64,000 bases of DNA, from the NCBI GenBank assembly GCA_008632985.1, contig QPGO01000084.1, positions 62,001 through 126,000 on the forward strand, written 5' to 3'. Below the pieces are notes generated by a model. That model was not told the DNA's origin. It saw only the letters and a list, made by a program, of their open reading frames with translations, and searched no databases. The stretch is from Psammoneis japonica (Eukaryota). Shown here one piece after another: positions 50,120-61,899 of this stretch (position 1 is its first letter; the number at the start of each line of letters is the position of its first letter). The position numbers and the translations under genes are program-made.

Positions 50120-51061
50120 GATTAACAGTCTTGCTCATTGTCAACCCATTGAGCAACCGCCATCGTCGTCGTTGATTTACCAACGACGCTATTTTTTTAA
50201 TTCTACGTGGACCTCCGTATATATTCTACATACATCGGCGAGTCTACGCGCATTCAATACCAGGGCATCGGCAGGAAGTTAACGTCACCGTCAAGTCTCC
50301 TTACCGCTGGATATCTGGATTGATTATACTACCTTTGATCGCTGAAGACATACATTCAACGGTCATATCCAAGTCTATCCTTGATCCTCATCCCTTGATG
50401 TACCTGTTCATCGGTTAACGGTCAAGAACCCTGCATGTTCAAGGATCTTCGTCGCTGAAGACATGTGTATATATACATGTCTTCACGGCCAAGAACCTGT
50501 ACCCACTCTTCGGACTGCGGTTTTGCCACCACTCTACAAGCACACCGAGTCCATTGTACCTGATCTACCCCGGACTGCTGGTGCTCTGCAGTTCTACTAG
50601 GTCCACGAGGACGACTGTGAGAGCAAGCAGCCGTGATTGCAGCCTGCGTTGGGGCGAGGGTGCTTTCCCGCGTTTGTTCGTTCGTCCACAGCGCCTGACG
50701 CCTGCGTCAACTGGCCAGCCTGATCGGGAAATCCAACCGACATAAAACAAGAACGGCTCGGGGGTCTTGTCCACCTCCAGTCAGCTCACCTGCAGGGGTT
50801 TACAACCCGCTGCTCCGCTCGCAAGCAACCCAAAGCGCCGCCAGCTGTGGGTTCGGACGTGCCGGCACAACTCTACGGACCGGACAGGAAGTTTGGCACT
50901 TGACAACAAACAGGATGACAAAGCCCGGCGACTTCTGATTTTAAGACAGTTCAAGATTTCAAGTCAAGTCCATTTCAAGTCAAGTCCATTCTCACCCAAG
51001 TTTCGAGTCTGCCTTCGCTTCCCAACCAGAATTGATTGTCCTGACACCATTTTTGTCTGCC

Positions 51062-54000
51062 ATGGTTCTCACTCGTCAGCAACAAACCGATGGTTTCGAG
51101 CACGTGGTTGGAACCGTGCTTGCCCAAGGTGCTGGGAGTCCTCTTCGTTTGGCTTTGGCCCAAGACGGCACGGACTCATGTCAGGAACTGTTCACGTTCA
51201 CACCGTCCCAAATCGACTCGCTTGAGTGCGACAACGGCGCTGATGCAATCCCTTTGCCCCGTGGTCATGAGAACATGTTAGCAGCACTGGTCAGTCTGTA
51301 CATTGTTAAAGCACACAAAGGTCTTGACGTTGCCAACGACTCCTCTTTGTTCACGCATGACGAGTTCCTTGCCCACCGCCTCAGCCCCGACCACATGTCT
51401 TCTGTGTCCATCGGCAGCTCACCCCTTGCACCTCCACATGTCACCAACCCGACCAAGGCACGCGACCCGGTGCGGGACTTCAAGCGAGGCATCAAGCGTG
51501 ATCCCACTGCTTTCACGGCTCTCAAATCCGACAAGCAGTGGCACACTTGGCACACCTCACTTGTGGCACAAGCCCATGCCCAAGACGTCGAGTGCACTCT
51601 AGACTCGTCGTACAAACCGACCAGCCCCGAAGACAAACTGCTCTTTGCTGAACAGCAAAAGTGCATGTTCGCCGTCTTCGAACGCATCCTTCTCACCGAC
51701 AAGGGCAAGGCTCTCATTCGCGAAAATGTGGGGTCTTCTGACGCACAGACCGTCCACCACTCCTTGTCTGAGTGCGCGCTTGCCTCCACCCGCGCATCTG
51801 TCGAGTCCTCCACCCTGCTCACGTGCCTCACCACCGCGCGTCTTGGTGATGGCACTTGGAAAGGTCCGACCCACGGGTTCATCCTTCATTGGCAAGATCA
51901 GCTGCGCAAGTGCGAGGCACTCATCCCGGCCAATGACCACTTCTCTGAAGGACAGAAGCGCGTCATGCTCGAGAATGCCGTGCACCCTGTCGAGGAACTC
52001 CGTGCTGTCAAGAACCAAGCTGATCAGCATCGCACGCAGAGTGGCAAGAGCCTCACATGCGATCAACACTGTGGCTTGCTCCTCTCCGCGGCAGCTCAGT
52101 GTGACAGCACGTTTCAACCCAAGACGACACCTCGAGCTCCCCGACGCGCCATGTGCGCACACGACGTCTGCTCCGAGGAACCGTCCGACGATGTGTTCTA
52201 CGACATTGACAGCGACGTTGACGTCCTTCAAGCCAATGCTGCCTGCACCCGCGGTCCCAGCCTCACCGGTGTCCAATGGAGACGTCTCCCTCCCAACCAC
52301 CAATGGCTCTGGGATTCGTTGCCCGATTCCTCCAAGGCGATCATCCTTGAGCATTCTCGTCCACCTCCCCGCAACCCGCGAGCCAGCAACTGCCATGAGT
52401 CTGTTACGGCCAACCTTCACGACCAACGCCTTGGGAGTGACGGTGATGTCCACTTGTCCAACACGACTCCTGCTGACTCTGGTGACTCCGCCCCACATGT
52501 GGACGCCACTTCGGATGATCCCATCCTGGCGCACCTCACCAAGCGCACGCCACTGCCACCCGGTGATCTGCAACGTCTGTTGTCTCCTGACCAAGCCCCC
52601 AATGCCAGTCGACCGGGGCCATCCGCCGCTTCCTCTGCCCCGCCAGCTTCTGCAGATGACACAGAACTCAACGGCGCACTTGCCGCCGCGTTGACAACCA
52701 CAATGTCATTTGCTCTGCCTCTGCTCATCGATCCACACGCACTGGCGCTCCAGTCGATCGTGGGGCCAACGGCGGCATTGCTGGCGACGACGTTCGCGTC
52801 ATTGCACGCACCTCTCGCCAAGTCGACGTTCAGGGCATTGACGATCATCAATTGGCAGACATCCCCATTGTCACCGCTGGTGCCGTCATTGAGACCCAGC
52901 ATGGTCCCGTCATCGCCATCCTCCATCAGTGCGCATGCACGGGAAAGGGCAAGACCATCCATTCCTGCGGCCAGCTCGAATGGTGCAAACAGGATGTCAA
53001 CGATCGCTCTGTCAAGGTGCCCAACGGCTTGCAACGTGTTGCCACTCCTGATGGCCATGTCATCCCCATTGACATCAAGGCTGGCCTGCCTTGTGTTGCC
53101 ATGCGACCTTGCACTGACGCCGAATGGGACACCCTGCCCCATGTCGTCCTCACCGGTGATGACACATGGGACCCTTCCGTCCTCGATCACTCTGTCACTG
53201 ACGACGACCAGTGGCACGACGCGATCTCTGACCCACAGGACGATCCCACTGCCAACCTGTTTGACGAGTGTGGCAACTGCCGTCATCGTGTCGTTGTCAA
53301 CGAGACCATCTTGTCCGCTTCCTTGTCTGCCGATCACGCGTCCGCCCTCGATGATCACCTCATTCCGAACGACGACATGTTCTGCGAATGTCATCTGCAT
53401 GCGATTGCCCCCCAGGGCGATGACGTTCCACCTCCGGAGCGCACTGTGCAGCCCAAGGATCCCCCCTTCGAGTCTCTTCGGCCTTGCTTTGGCTTCCTGC
53501 CTGCCGATGCGGTCCGTCGTACTTTTGACTGCACCACGCAGTGCGCCCGCATGCCCGCCGGCACACACCTTCGCAAGGCCTGCAAATCACCCAACCCCGC
53601 CCTTAATGTGCACCGCCGCAACGAGCCTGTCGCCACTGACACCGTTTGTGCCGACACCCCGGCCGTCGACTCTGGCTGCACCAGCACCCAACTGTTTGTT
53701 GGCACCGAGTCTACCGTCACTGACGTCTGCGGCACTGAGACGGACAAAGAGTTTGTCAACACACTCGAGGATCAGATCCGTGCACGTGGTGCCCCATCCA
53801 AACTCATCAGCGACCGTGCTCAAGTTGAGATCAGCAACAAAGTGCTCGGGATCCTGCGCGCCCTCTTCATCTCTAGCTGGCAAAGTGAGCCTCACCAGCA
53901 ACACCAAAACTTTGCCGAGCGTCGATGCCAGACCGTGAAGCGCATGGCGAACACTGTCATGGATCGTTTTGGTTCGCCCGCCCACACATGGCTGCTGGCG

Positions 54001-56730
54001 CTCATGCACGTGTGCTTCGTGCTCAACCATGCAGCGTCCCCACGTCTCCACTGGCGCACGCCCCTCGAGACTCTCACTGGCTCCACCCCGGACATCAGCC
54101 CATTGCTTCGCTTTCACTGGTGGGAACCCGTGTGCTTCCACCTCGATGACTCCGATTGGCCGTCTGAATCCCATGAGTTGCGTGGACGCTTCGTTGGCAT
54201 TGCTGAGCACGTCGGCCACCAGATGACCTTCAAGATTCTATCTGATGAGACTCAGAAGATCCTCCACCGGTCCAACGTCCGCTCCGCTACCCCCGATCCT
54301 GCCGTTCGAAACCTGCGTCTTGATCCTCCTGATGGGGAGCCACCTGAAACCATCATCAAATCTCGCCATGACGACAACCCCGTCGACTCTCCTGATGGGG
54401 AGATCAGGACACCCAAGATGCCAGTTTTCGATCCGCAAGACATCATTGGACGTACCTTCCTCATGCAGCCACAAGAGGACGGACAACACCACAGAGCTCG
54501 CATTGTCAAGGCCGTCGAAGACCACGAATGGAAAGTGAACGGCAATCCCGAGCTCACCAAGTTCGTCTGCTCTGTCAACAATGACGAATGCGAGGAAGTC
54601 CTTGCCTGCAATGACATCATGAATCACATTGAGCAAGAAGACGAAGACACCACTGTTTGGAAATTTCGACGCATCGTGTCACACGAAGGACCTCTGAAGC
54701 CTCACGACCCAACCTGGAAAGGCTCCAGCTACAACATCATGCTTGAATGGGAAAGTGGGGAGATCACGTCCGAGCCTCTTGCCATCATCGCCAAGGACGA
54801 CCCCGTCACCTGTGCCATCTGTGCACGAGAGAACGGACTCCTCGACACGGATGGCTGGAAGCGGTTCCGCACCATCGCGAGGCGCCAAAAGAAGCCATTT
54901 CGCATGGCCAACCAAGCCAAGCTTCGCTCCTTCCGCACTGCACCCCGCTGCAAGTGTGGATGCGAAGTTCCCCGCAACTACAAACACGCCATGTCACTGG
55001 ACGAACGCAACGGCAACCGCAAGTGGGGAGACACAACCAATCTCGAGATGGACCAACTCGACGAATGCGAAGTCTTCCATGACTGCGGGCCCTTCAAGTC
55101 TTCCACTCCTCCTGCGGGACACAAGAAGATCCGAGTGCACCTGGTGCACGATGTGAAACACGACGGTCGCCACAAGGCACGACTCGTAGCCGACGGGCAC
55201 CTCACGGACGTACCTGTCGACAGTGTCCACTCCGGAGCAGTCTCCCTCCGTGGCCTTCGGCTGATGATTTTCCTGGCCGAACTCAACGAGTTGGAGACAT
55301 GGGCCACCGACATTGGCAATGCCTGCCTTGAAGCCACCACCAAGGAGAAGCTTTACATTGCAGCTGGACCCGAGTTCGGCAAACTCGAAGGACACATCCT
55401 TGTCATCCACAAGGCACTGCATGGACTGCGCAGCTCCGGTCTCCGCTGGCACGAGCGCTTCGCCGACTGCCTGCGAGCTGAAGGCTTCTTCCCCTGCCGC
55501 GCCGAACCCGACATTTGGATGCGCAGGAACGGCGACCACTGTGAATGCATTGCCGTTTATGTGGATGACCTCGCCATTGCCATGAAGGACCCTCAATCTT
55601 TCGTCGACACTCTCACGGAAAAGCACAAGTTCAAGCTCAAGGGTGCGGGACCCATTGAGTTCCATCTGGGTTGCGACTTTTCCCGGGAACCCGACGGAAC
55701 CTTGTGCCTGTCTCCGCGCAAGTACATCGAGCGCATGGTCGACAGCTGTGCCCGACTGTTTGGGGAGAAACCTGCCACCAACGCCCTGTCACCTCTAGAG
55801 AAGGGTGACCACCCCGAACTGGACACTTCCGAACTGCTGGGACCCGATGGCATTCACAAGTTCCAGTCTCTTGTTGGTTCACTCCAATGGGCAGTGTCTC
55901 TTGGTCGAATTGACATTGCCATGGCCGTCATGTCACTCTCTAGCTTCCGAGCTGCGCCCCGTCAAGGCCACTTGGATCGTGCCAAACGCATCTGTGGGTG
56001 CCTCTCCAAGATGCGACACGGTGCTCTCCGCGTTCGTACGGAAGAGCCCGACCATTCGGATCTCCCTGCTCCGGCCTGTGAATGGATGCATTCCGTGTGT
56101 GGTGAAGCAGAAGAGATGATCCCGAAGGACGCTCCACCGCCCCTTGGCAAGTTCGTCACTGCCACCCACTACGTCGATGCAAACTTGTGCCATTGCATGC
56201 TCACCGGACGCTCTGTCATGGGAATGCTCCACTTCCTCAACAAATTCCCAGCTGATTGGTTCTCTAAGAAACAAGCCACCGTGGAGACTGCGACCTGCGG
56301 GTCTGAATTTGTTGCCGCAAGGACTTGTGTTGAGCAGATTGTCAACCTGTGCATCACCCTGCGCCACCTTGGCGTCCCGATCCGCAATGTCAGTTGCATG
56401 TTCGGTGACAACAAGTCGGTTGTAGACAGTGCCACCATCCCGCACTCCAAGTTACACAAGCGACACACCGCACTGTCGTTCCACCGTGTGCGTGAGGCAA
56501 TTGCCTCTGGTTGCCTTGAGCTCCACTTCATCGAAGGCTCCCGCAACCCTGCTGACATTCTCAGCAAGCATTGGGGTCACTCCCAAATCTGGGACCTTCT
56601 CCGCCCCCTCATGTTCTGGAACTTCATTCCATCCGAAATCGAATCTGTTTCTGTGGCTCCTCAAGCAAACTGGGGAGTGACAGGATTTGAACAGGATTCA
56701 GGTGCACGCGAAGCATCGCGCGCTGTTTAG
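51062..56730 (+). pseudogene. gag-pol polyprotein with a frame change near 52675 and heavy Tyr->Cys/His conversion
   Basis: Gag DFKRGIKRD; protease VDRGANGG; integrase LISDRAQVE and QNFAERR; RT HKARLVA and YVDD; RNase H GSEFVAAR and NPADILSK. Confidence 0.9.
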
Positions 56731-56953
56731 TTTGCCGTGCACAGTTTTGTGTGCTTTAGTTCCGCGCGTTCACGCGCGATGCAGTTTGCTTTCGAGCCAC
56801 AAGGCTCACAAGAACAACAACAGCAGCCTGATTGTGCCGACTTGCATGTCTTTCGGCTCCTGCAACGGTCTCTGAGCGGAGACTCATCTGCTGTTTAGAC
56901 AGCAGCAAGGAGTTGTTGTTTGAATTCTTGCCATTTGCCTTCAATTTCTGTCA
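56678..56953 (+). repeat. 3' LTR (276 bp)
   Basis: TGACAGGATT...TTTCTGTCA followed by GCACT. Confidence 0.95.
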
Positions 56954-58416
56954 GCACTGGCACATTGGAGACACTGCATTTTTGAGCGAGAGCACAACAC
57001 TGCTTGCAAGTGTGGCTGTGCAGGTCAAGTGACATGCCCAACATGAGCATGTCCACAAGCAGCTGAGAGCTGTCGGCAAGGGCGTCTTAGAGGTGCAGCC
57101 ACTTTGGGCCAGTGAGAAGCTTGCAAAACTCTTGTCCTGGCTGTGTGGTTGAAAAAAAAAGTGAAAAGCTCAGAGCAAAGCTGGTGGGTCCAAGAGTCAT
57201 TGAGCATGCCAACTGTGGCTGCTCCCTGCACAGATCACTGCAACACCTCCAATGTTTCCTCAAGAGCTTGATCACAATGCAAGCAGTCAAGTTGGCAAGT
57301 TTTGCTTCTCCCTGGCGCTCTGCAAATGTGGTGGCGCACAATCATTTTTTGTCATCCGTCGCATGTTTCGCACGCACATTTCTGCGTGTTCCATCATAAA
57401 AAATTGTTCCACACTGCCTGTTTTGCGAAGCCAAAGGCTTTCTGTTGTCTGCACTCATGTCAACAAAAATGCGCTGGGCATGTTCTTTGATGTCTAAAGA
57501 ACACACCCGGGCATGCTGCAAAGAATGCACTTCAAGTGTGGAGGAGGAGATGCGTTCGCAAAATTGCCTCTTTTTCTGTTGGCGATCATTCATGCATCCA
57601 TTGCTCAACAATTTTACTGCGGAGCTCGCACGCAGAATTCTGCGGGCCCAATGTCACAAAAAGTCCCACCCAGGACTGGAACCCGTCAGCCAAACCATGC
57701 TGGAAGAGGAGCACATGTGGAGCTGCCTGGCAGCTGGTGGGGTGCTCAGCTTGGTGGAACAGCACACTCAGTGTCACATTGTCACACTGCAGCTGCGCCA
57801 TGCATGCCCACCCTTTGCACCGCTGCAGCAACTGCCTCGATGAAGAAGAAGCCAATGAGCCTCTCTTTCCCTGCTTCATGGTCAATTTTGCGTGCGTTTT
57901 CAATGGCTCGAATCCCCCCCTTTTTCCCTTTTCCTTTTGTTCAGCCACGCATGCTCAATGAACGAGTTGTTTGCCTTGTGAACGCGTCAGCGCAGTCGGT
58001 CTGGTTTGACTTGACCGCCATTTTTTGAAACCGACGCCGTCCAAATTGTTTTGTCGTCCATTTTTTTGTGTTGATTTTCGCACCCAAACAAACCGCCAAG
58101 CGAACTCACAAGGATACGGCGAGCAAGAAAAAGAAGATGGGTCGCTCACCTTCATACGGTACCCTGATTGCCCACCCCGCCTGTGACAGGGGAGCTGTGT
58201 GTGTGTTCGTGGTTGCGCGAGCACGGCTTCGCCGTGCGTTGAGTTTCAATGTTAATGTGCACATATATGTGTATATTCCTGCTACTGTTAGCATTATTTG
58301 TCTATTAATGTATAAATAAATGTAAGTACATTTATATAAAATTATAATGAATAAGATATAAACTGCCACGCAACCATGACATCACCATATTCTCCCCTAC
58401 CGGTACCACAGGGGTG

Positions 58417-58728
58417 CTGAGTATCATAGAAAATCTGTACCCCAGATTTTGGTTAAAAATAGGTACAGATTTTCAAGGCTTCCGGAGAAATAGGTACAGA
58501 TTCTGAAAAAGTGCAGATTTTCATTGATTTCGCTAAAACTGGCTTTGGATTTTCTCAGATTTGAAAAACCCCTTCCCAGTAGGCCTGGCGCGTTCTACGT
58601 AGATCCTACGTAGACTTGTACTGGGATACAGATTCCAGATTTCCGTTCAGAATAGGTACAGATTTTTTCAAGCCCCTCAAAAATAGGTACAGATTTTGAT
58701 TTTCGTACAGATTTTCTATGATAATCAG
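58417..58728. mobile_element. MITE-like element with 24-bp terminal inverted repeats and internal repeats
   Basis: CTGAGTATCATAGAAAATCTGTAC and GTACAGATTTTCTATGATAATCAG (1 mismatch); four internal AATAGGTACAGATT motifs. Target-site duplication not clear. Confidence 0.75.
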
Positions 58729-59279
58729 GGTACGTCCGCTCTCACACCGCATACCAAACCTTGTTCATCACCTCCTGCTGACTTTTGGTCACCCCGAGGA
58801 GGCAGCAGTCGCAGTACTCGAGGAGTATGTCGAGGACGGCATGGAGGAGACGCTTGGTGGAGGAACATAAGTGGATACCAACCATTTGTTGCGATACAAC
58901 AAGGCCGAGGACGTGATGCGATTGGAGCAACCAAACCTTTCTTCTGTACAAGACTCGCGCGGGTTTTGAACTACCGTGCTACTTTGTAGGGTTGGACATT
59001 GCTTTTGAAGGAATATCCCAGCGGGAGGGCGGGAATGTGAATCCGATCCTAAACCTATATTTGCTGTTCTTGTTCTCATCGATCGGAGGCAGCAAACAAA
59101 CACATTCGCCGGTATCCGACGAGGCATGCCTTCGGCTATACCAACTGACATTGGTACAGAAGCACGAAGAATCACGTGGCAGTGTGCCATCAGGAACGAC
59201 GAGTAGGGTCGAAAGAAAACAACGGAAATTACCGTTGAACCGTAGATGAAATCTCGGTCGCTGCTGTTGCTGTCTCTCT

Positions 59280-60110
59280 GTGATGCCGGCTCCGGTGCGC
59301 GCTTCTACCGATGTAACGCTCGAGTCCAATGACTTGTCTGTCACAATTTTCCTACCAAAGTCAGTCAAGCCGGATGAAATGCCTTACTACGAGTCTTCTC
59401 GGCAAAACAACGGCGAGCCCTTTCTCAAGATTGGCATTGGAGTTTTGAAAAGGTGCTACGAGTGCGATTATTCTAACGAGTATAAATGTATTTCTTCGTG
59501 TACCTTTGCAGAAGAGCCAATCTGGACCATGGAGCAGGCGGACAGCACGCAGCTGTTTTGTACGTCAAGCGTCTGTACCGGTATGGATACAACCTCAAGA
59601 AAATAATCGTATGGGGGGACACGTTAACGGTCACTACAACTCTCACCAACCAAGGACAAGACGCCTTTACGACGACATGGTATTCTCATCATTTGTTTTC
59701 ATTCAATGACAGATTCATTGGAGAGGGCTATTCAGTCGATTTGGATACCAAGACTTCCTCCAGACAGATATTTGAAGAACCGAGCTTGTGGGTCATGATC
59801 ATTGCCACTTCGGGACTACTCCGCAGTCACCACAAGGGCGACTCTTTCCACGTAGAAATGGAACCGCACGTGGAGCCGGGCGTACTTGCGAATAAAGGCT
59901 GAGATTCCTCGAGAGGACACTCCAGGCGGGAGCTTCACGTTGCATGAATGTGGCACCTCGATTCACGAAAGCATTCCGCAAGTCTCTTTGGCCGGAGTAG
60001 CTGGTAGCATCAGCAGTGTTCCCTGTATGCCTTTCTTTAATCTATTCTGTCACCGGAACCACAGTATTTGATTCATTTGGAACCGGGAAAAGCACGTCGT
60101 GGAAAGAGGT
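59280..60110 (+). pseudogene. Frameshifted fragment of a galactose-mutarotase-like protein
   Basis: LSVTIFLP...YYESSR, GEPFLKIGIGVL and LTVTTTLTNQG...TWYSHHLF spread over several frames. Family assignment is from memory. Confidence 0.35.
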
Positions 60111-60499
60111 ATGATGAGAAGGCAAGCATGGTGATGCCATTGCCCCAAGCTCTAGCAGGAGCTTCCGTTACACCGACAAACCACGACAGTGCGTGGCACT
60201 CATTGCGGTCGAGTATCCACCATGGTTCATAAAAAAAGAGCTGTCATGCTGCAACTCTTGACCTCGGATTGCGAAGTATCATTCGAAATGACGTCGTCTT
60301 TGACGAGACTGCAGGTGGCGTCACACCACTCTATCATGCTCTTGAACCGGTTCCGGGCGATTTTTTCTTCTCTGGGACCAACTATCAATTTATTGCAGCC
60401 ATGCAAGGTAAGAACAATGTTTCAAGCTCATTTTTATCGAAAGGCTTGATAGAGACACCAATTTTGTGATCTTATATTCTTATCATAACTTCTTATCGT

Positions 60500-61100
60500 C
60501 GCTTCTCTTATGAATCAAATCCTCGCGTGGTTGGCGTCGACAATGCGTCGGACGAAGACAAACCTCTGGCTCTATTGTACAGGAGATTTTCTCGTCAGTT
60601 TGACTTTTTGGAAAAGCTTTTTGACAGTGACAATAGCTGGAAGGAAGTCGTGGAGTACCGACGAGAGTATAAGTGCGCTGCTGGCAATACGTCGAAGTTG
60701 ATTGAGTTGCTGCTGCGACCCGAAACGGTAAAGGGAACGTGGAGAGGTGTTTAGCGAGCAGTCCAAGTCGATACTCCACCAGCTTTGTTGCATTACATCG
60801 TTGAAACCAATGCTGAAGATCTAACCAAGCCAGATGAGACGGGCAATCTTCCCTTGTACTATGCTGCCATGTCCAAACCGACAACCGCCACCACAACAGA
60901 CAAGACAGCGTCATTTCCGTTTTTTATAGCAAGTACATCCGGGACGAGTTGCTGCACGAATTCTCAGAAGGAGCTTCGATTCGGAACCACAATGACAATT
61001 ATGCTCTCGCGCTCGTGGTGGAAAGTGGTAACCTCTTTATCGGTGGCGGAGTTAAGAGTTTGTATGACGCGTATCCTGCTGCTTTGGAAGCAATCAATTG
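60500..61100 (+). pseudogene. Possible ankyrin-like repeat gene fragment
   Basis: PDETGNLPLYYAA and LYDAYPAAL-type segments in broken frames. Confidence 0.25.
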
Positions 61101-61899
61101 AAAGATGATCACCTAGTCCTGCAAACGGCTCTAGAGAAGATGAGGCACAGATGGAGATGGAAAGCGACGCGGGTGGCGAAGACGCTGTTCAAAAGGACGA
61201 ACGGCATGATGCAAATCAGGTTGGTACAAAAGGAGGACGCGGCCGTGAGTGAGGTTGTGACCGCCATGTGGGCCATTGAGGCGGATGTGGGAGTACAGAT
61301 GTTGCGATACATGGCCACTTCTCGCATGGGAAAGTCGTCAAATCATTTCAATGGCGTTCTACGAATGGCAATCTCTGCTGTAGGTGCGGCGTTAAGGATG
61401 GATCGTCCAGATGAAGTATTTTTTTTTAATTAGCTCATGATTTTGCAATTTTCTCGTACTTCGCCCGTGTTATTTTGCGATGCCTCTGAGAACCCCCAAA
61501 CACTTCTGAGTGTGTCCAGCCCCCATCAGGGCTGTTAGACCTTTATGTGAACTGCGCTTTTCAGGCGCATCCCAACGAGGCAGCAGTGGAAGGCAAGGTG
61601 TGCACACCACCACGCAAGTCCTTGGCAAGAGCGGAAGGCCAACGAGAAGCCACCTTTGTTGCGCGCAGTGCAGTTGGTGCAATTGTCAGCGCCGCACAAG
61701 CACACATGAGCGACCGTTGTGCAGGAAAAGGCATGCGGGGCCTTTGCTGAAATTCTTTAAATCCTGCTTGCATCAACATGAATGTCTCATGAAAATGTCA
61801 AATCGCCTTGTAAATCACACCAGCACATGACGGCATGGCACGCATGCTGTCGGCATCACTTGCCTTTTTGGTGGCATGGTGCCGTGTCAGAAGAGAGAG

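Larger units (their letters stand above)
49844..56953 (+). mobile_element. Full-length Ty1/copia LTR retrotransposon (CoDi-like), 7110 bp, probably inactivated
   Basis: TG...CA LTRs; GCACT duplication at 49839-49843 and 56954-56958; purine tract GGGGAG at 56672-56677; domain order gag-PR-IN-RT-RH. Confidence 0.96.
48230..58000. other. Older TpA/CpG-depleted relic (48230-49843 and 56959-58000) interrupted by the copia insertion
   Basis: Both flanks of the target-site duplication are almost free of TA and poor in CG; consistent with a nested insertion. Confidence 0.5.

Noticed and set aside
52660..52690. Programmed gag-pol ribosomal frameshift
   Set aside because: No slippery heptamer; a 1-bp deletion (GGC-GC-ACT) in a single ORF is simpler.
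49844..56953. ADAR-type RNA editing or reverse-transcriptase error as the cause of the A->G changes
   Set aside because: Both A->G and T->C occur on the same strand, the two LTRs differ from each other, and non-retroelement duplicated DNA is affected.
49844..56953. Classical fungal RIP (CpA->TpA)
   Set aside because: Affected tracts lose TA, lose Tyr and do not gain stops; the direction is opposite.
48179..58161. pogo-like DNA transposon from TACCGTATTTTC (48179; also 41105) to ATACGGTA (58154)
   Set aside because: Only about 8 bp of inverted match and no recognisable transposase.
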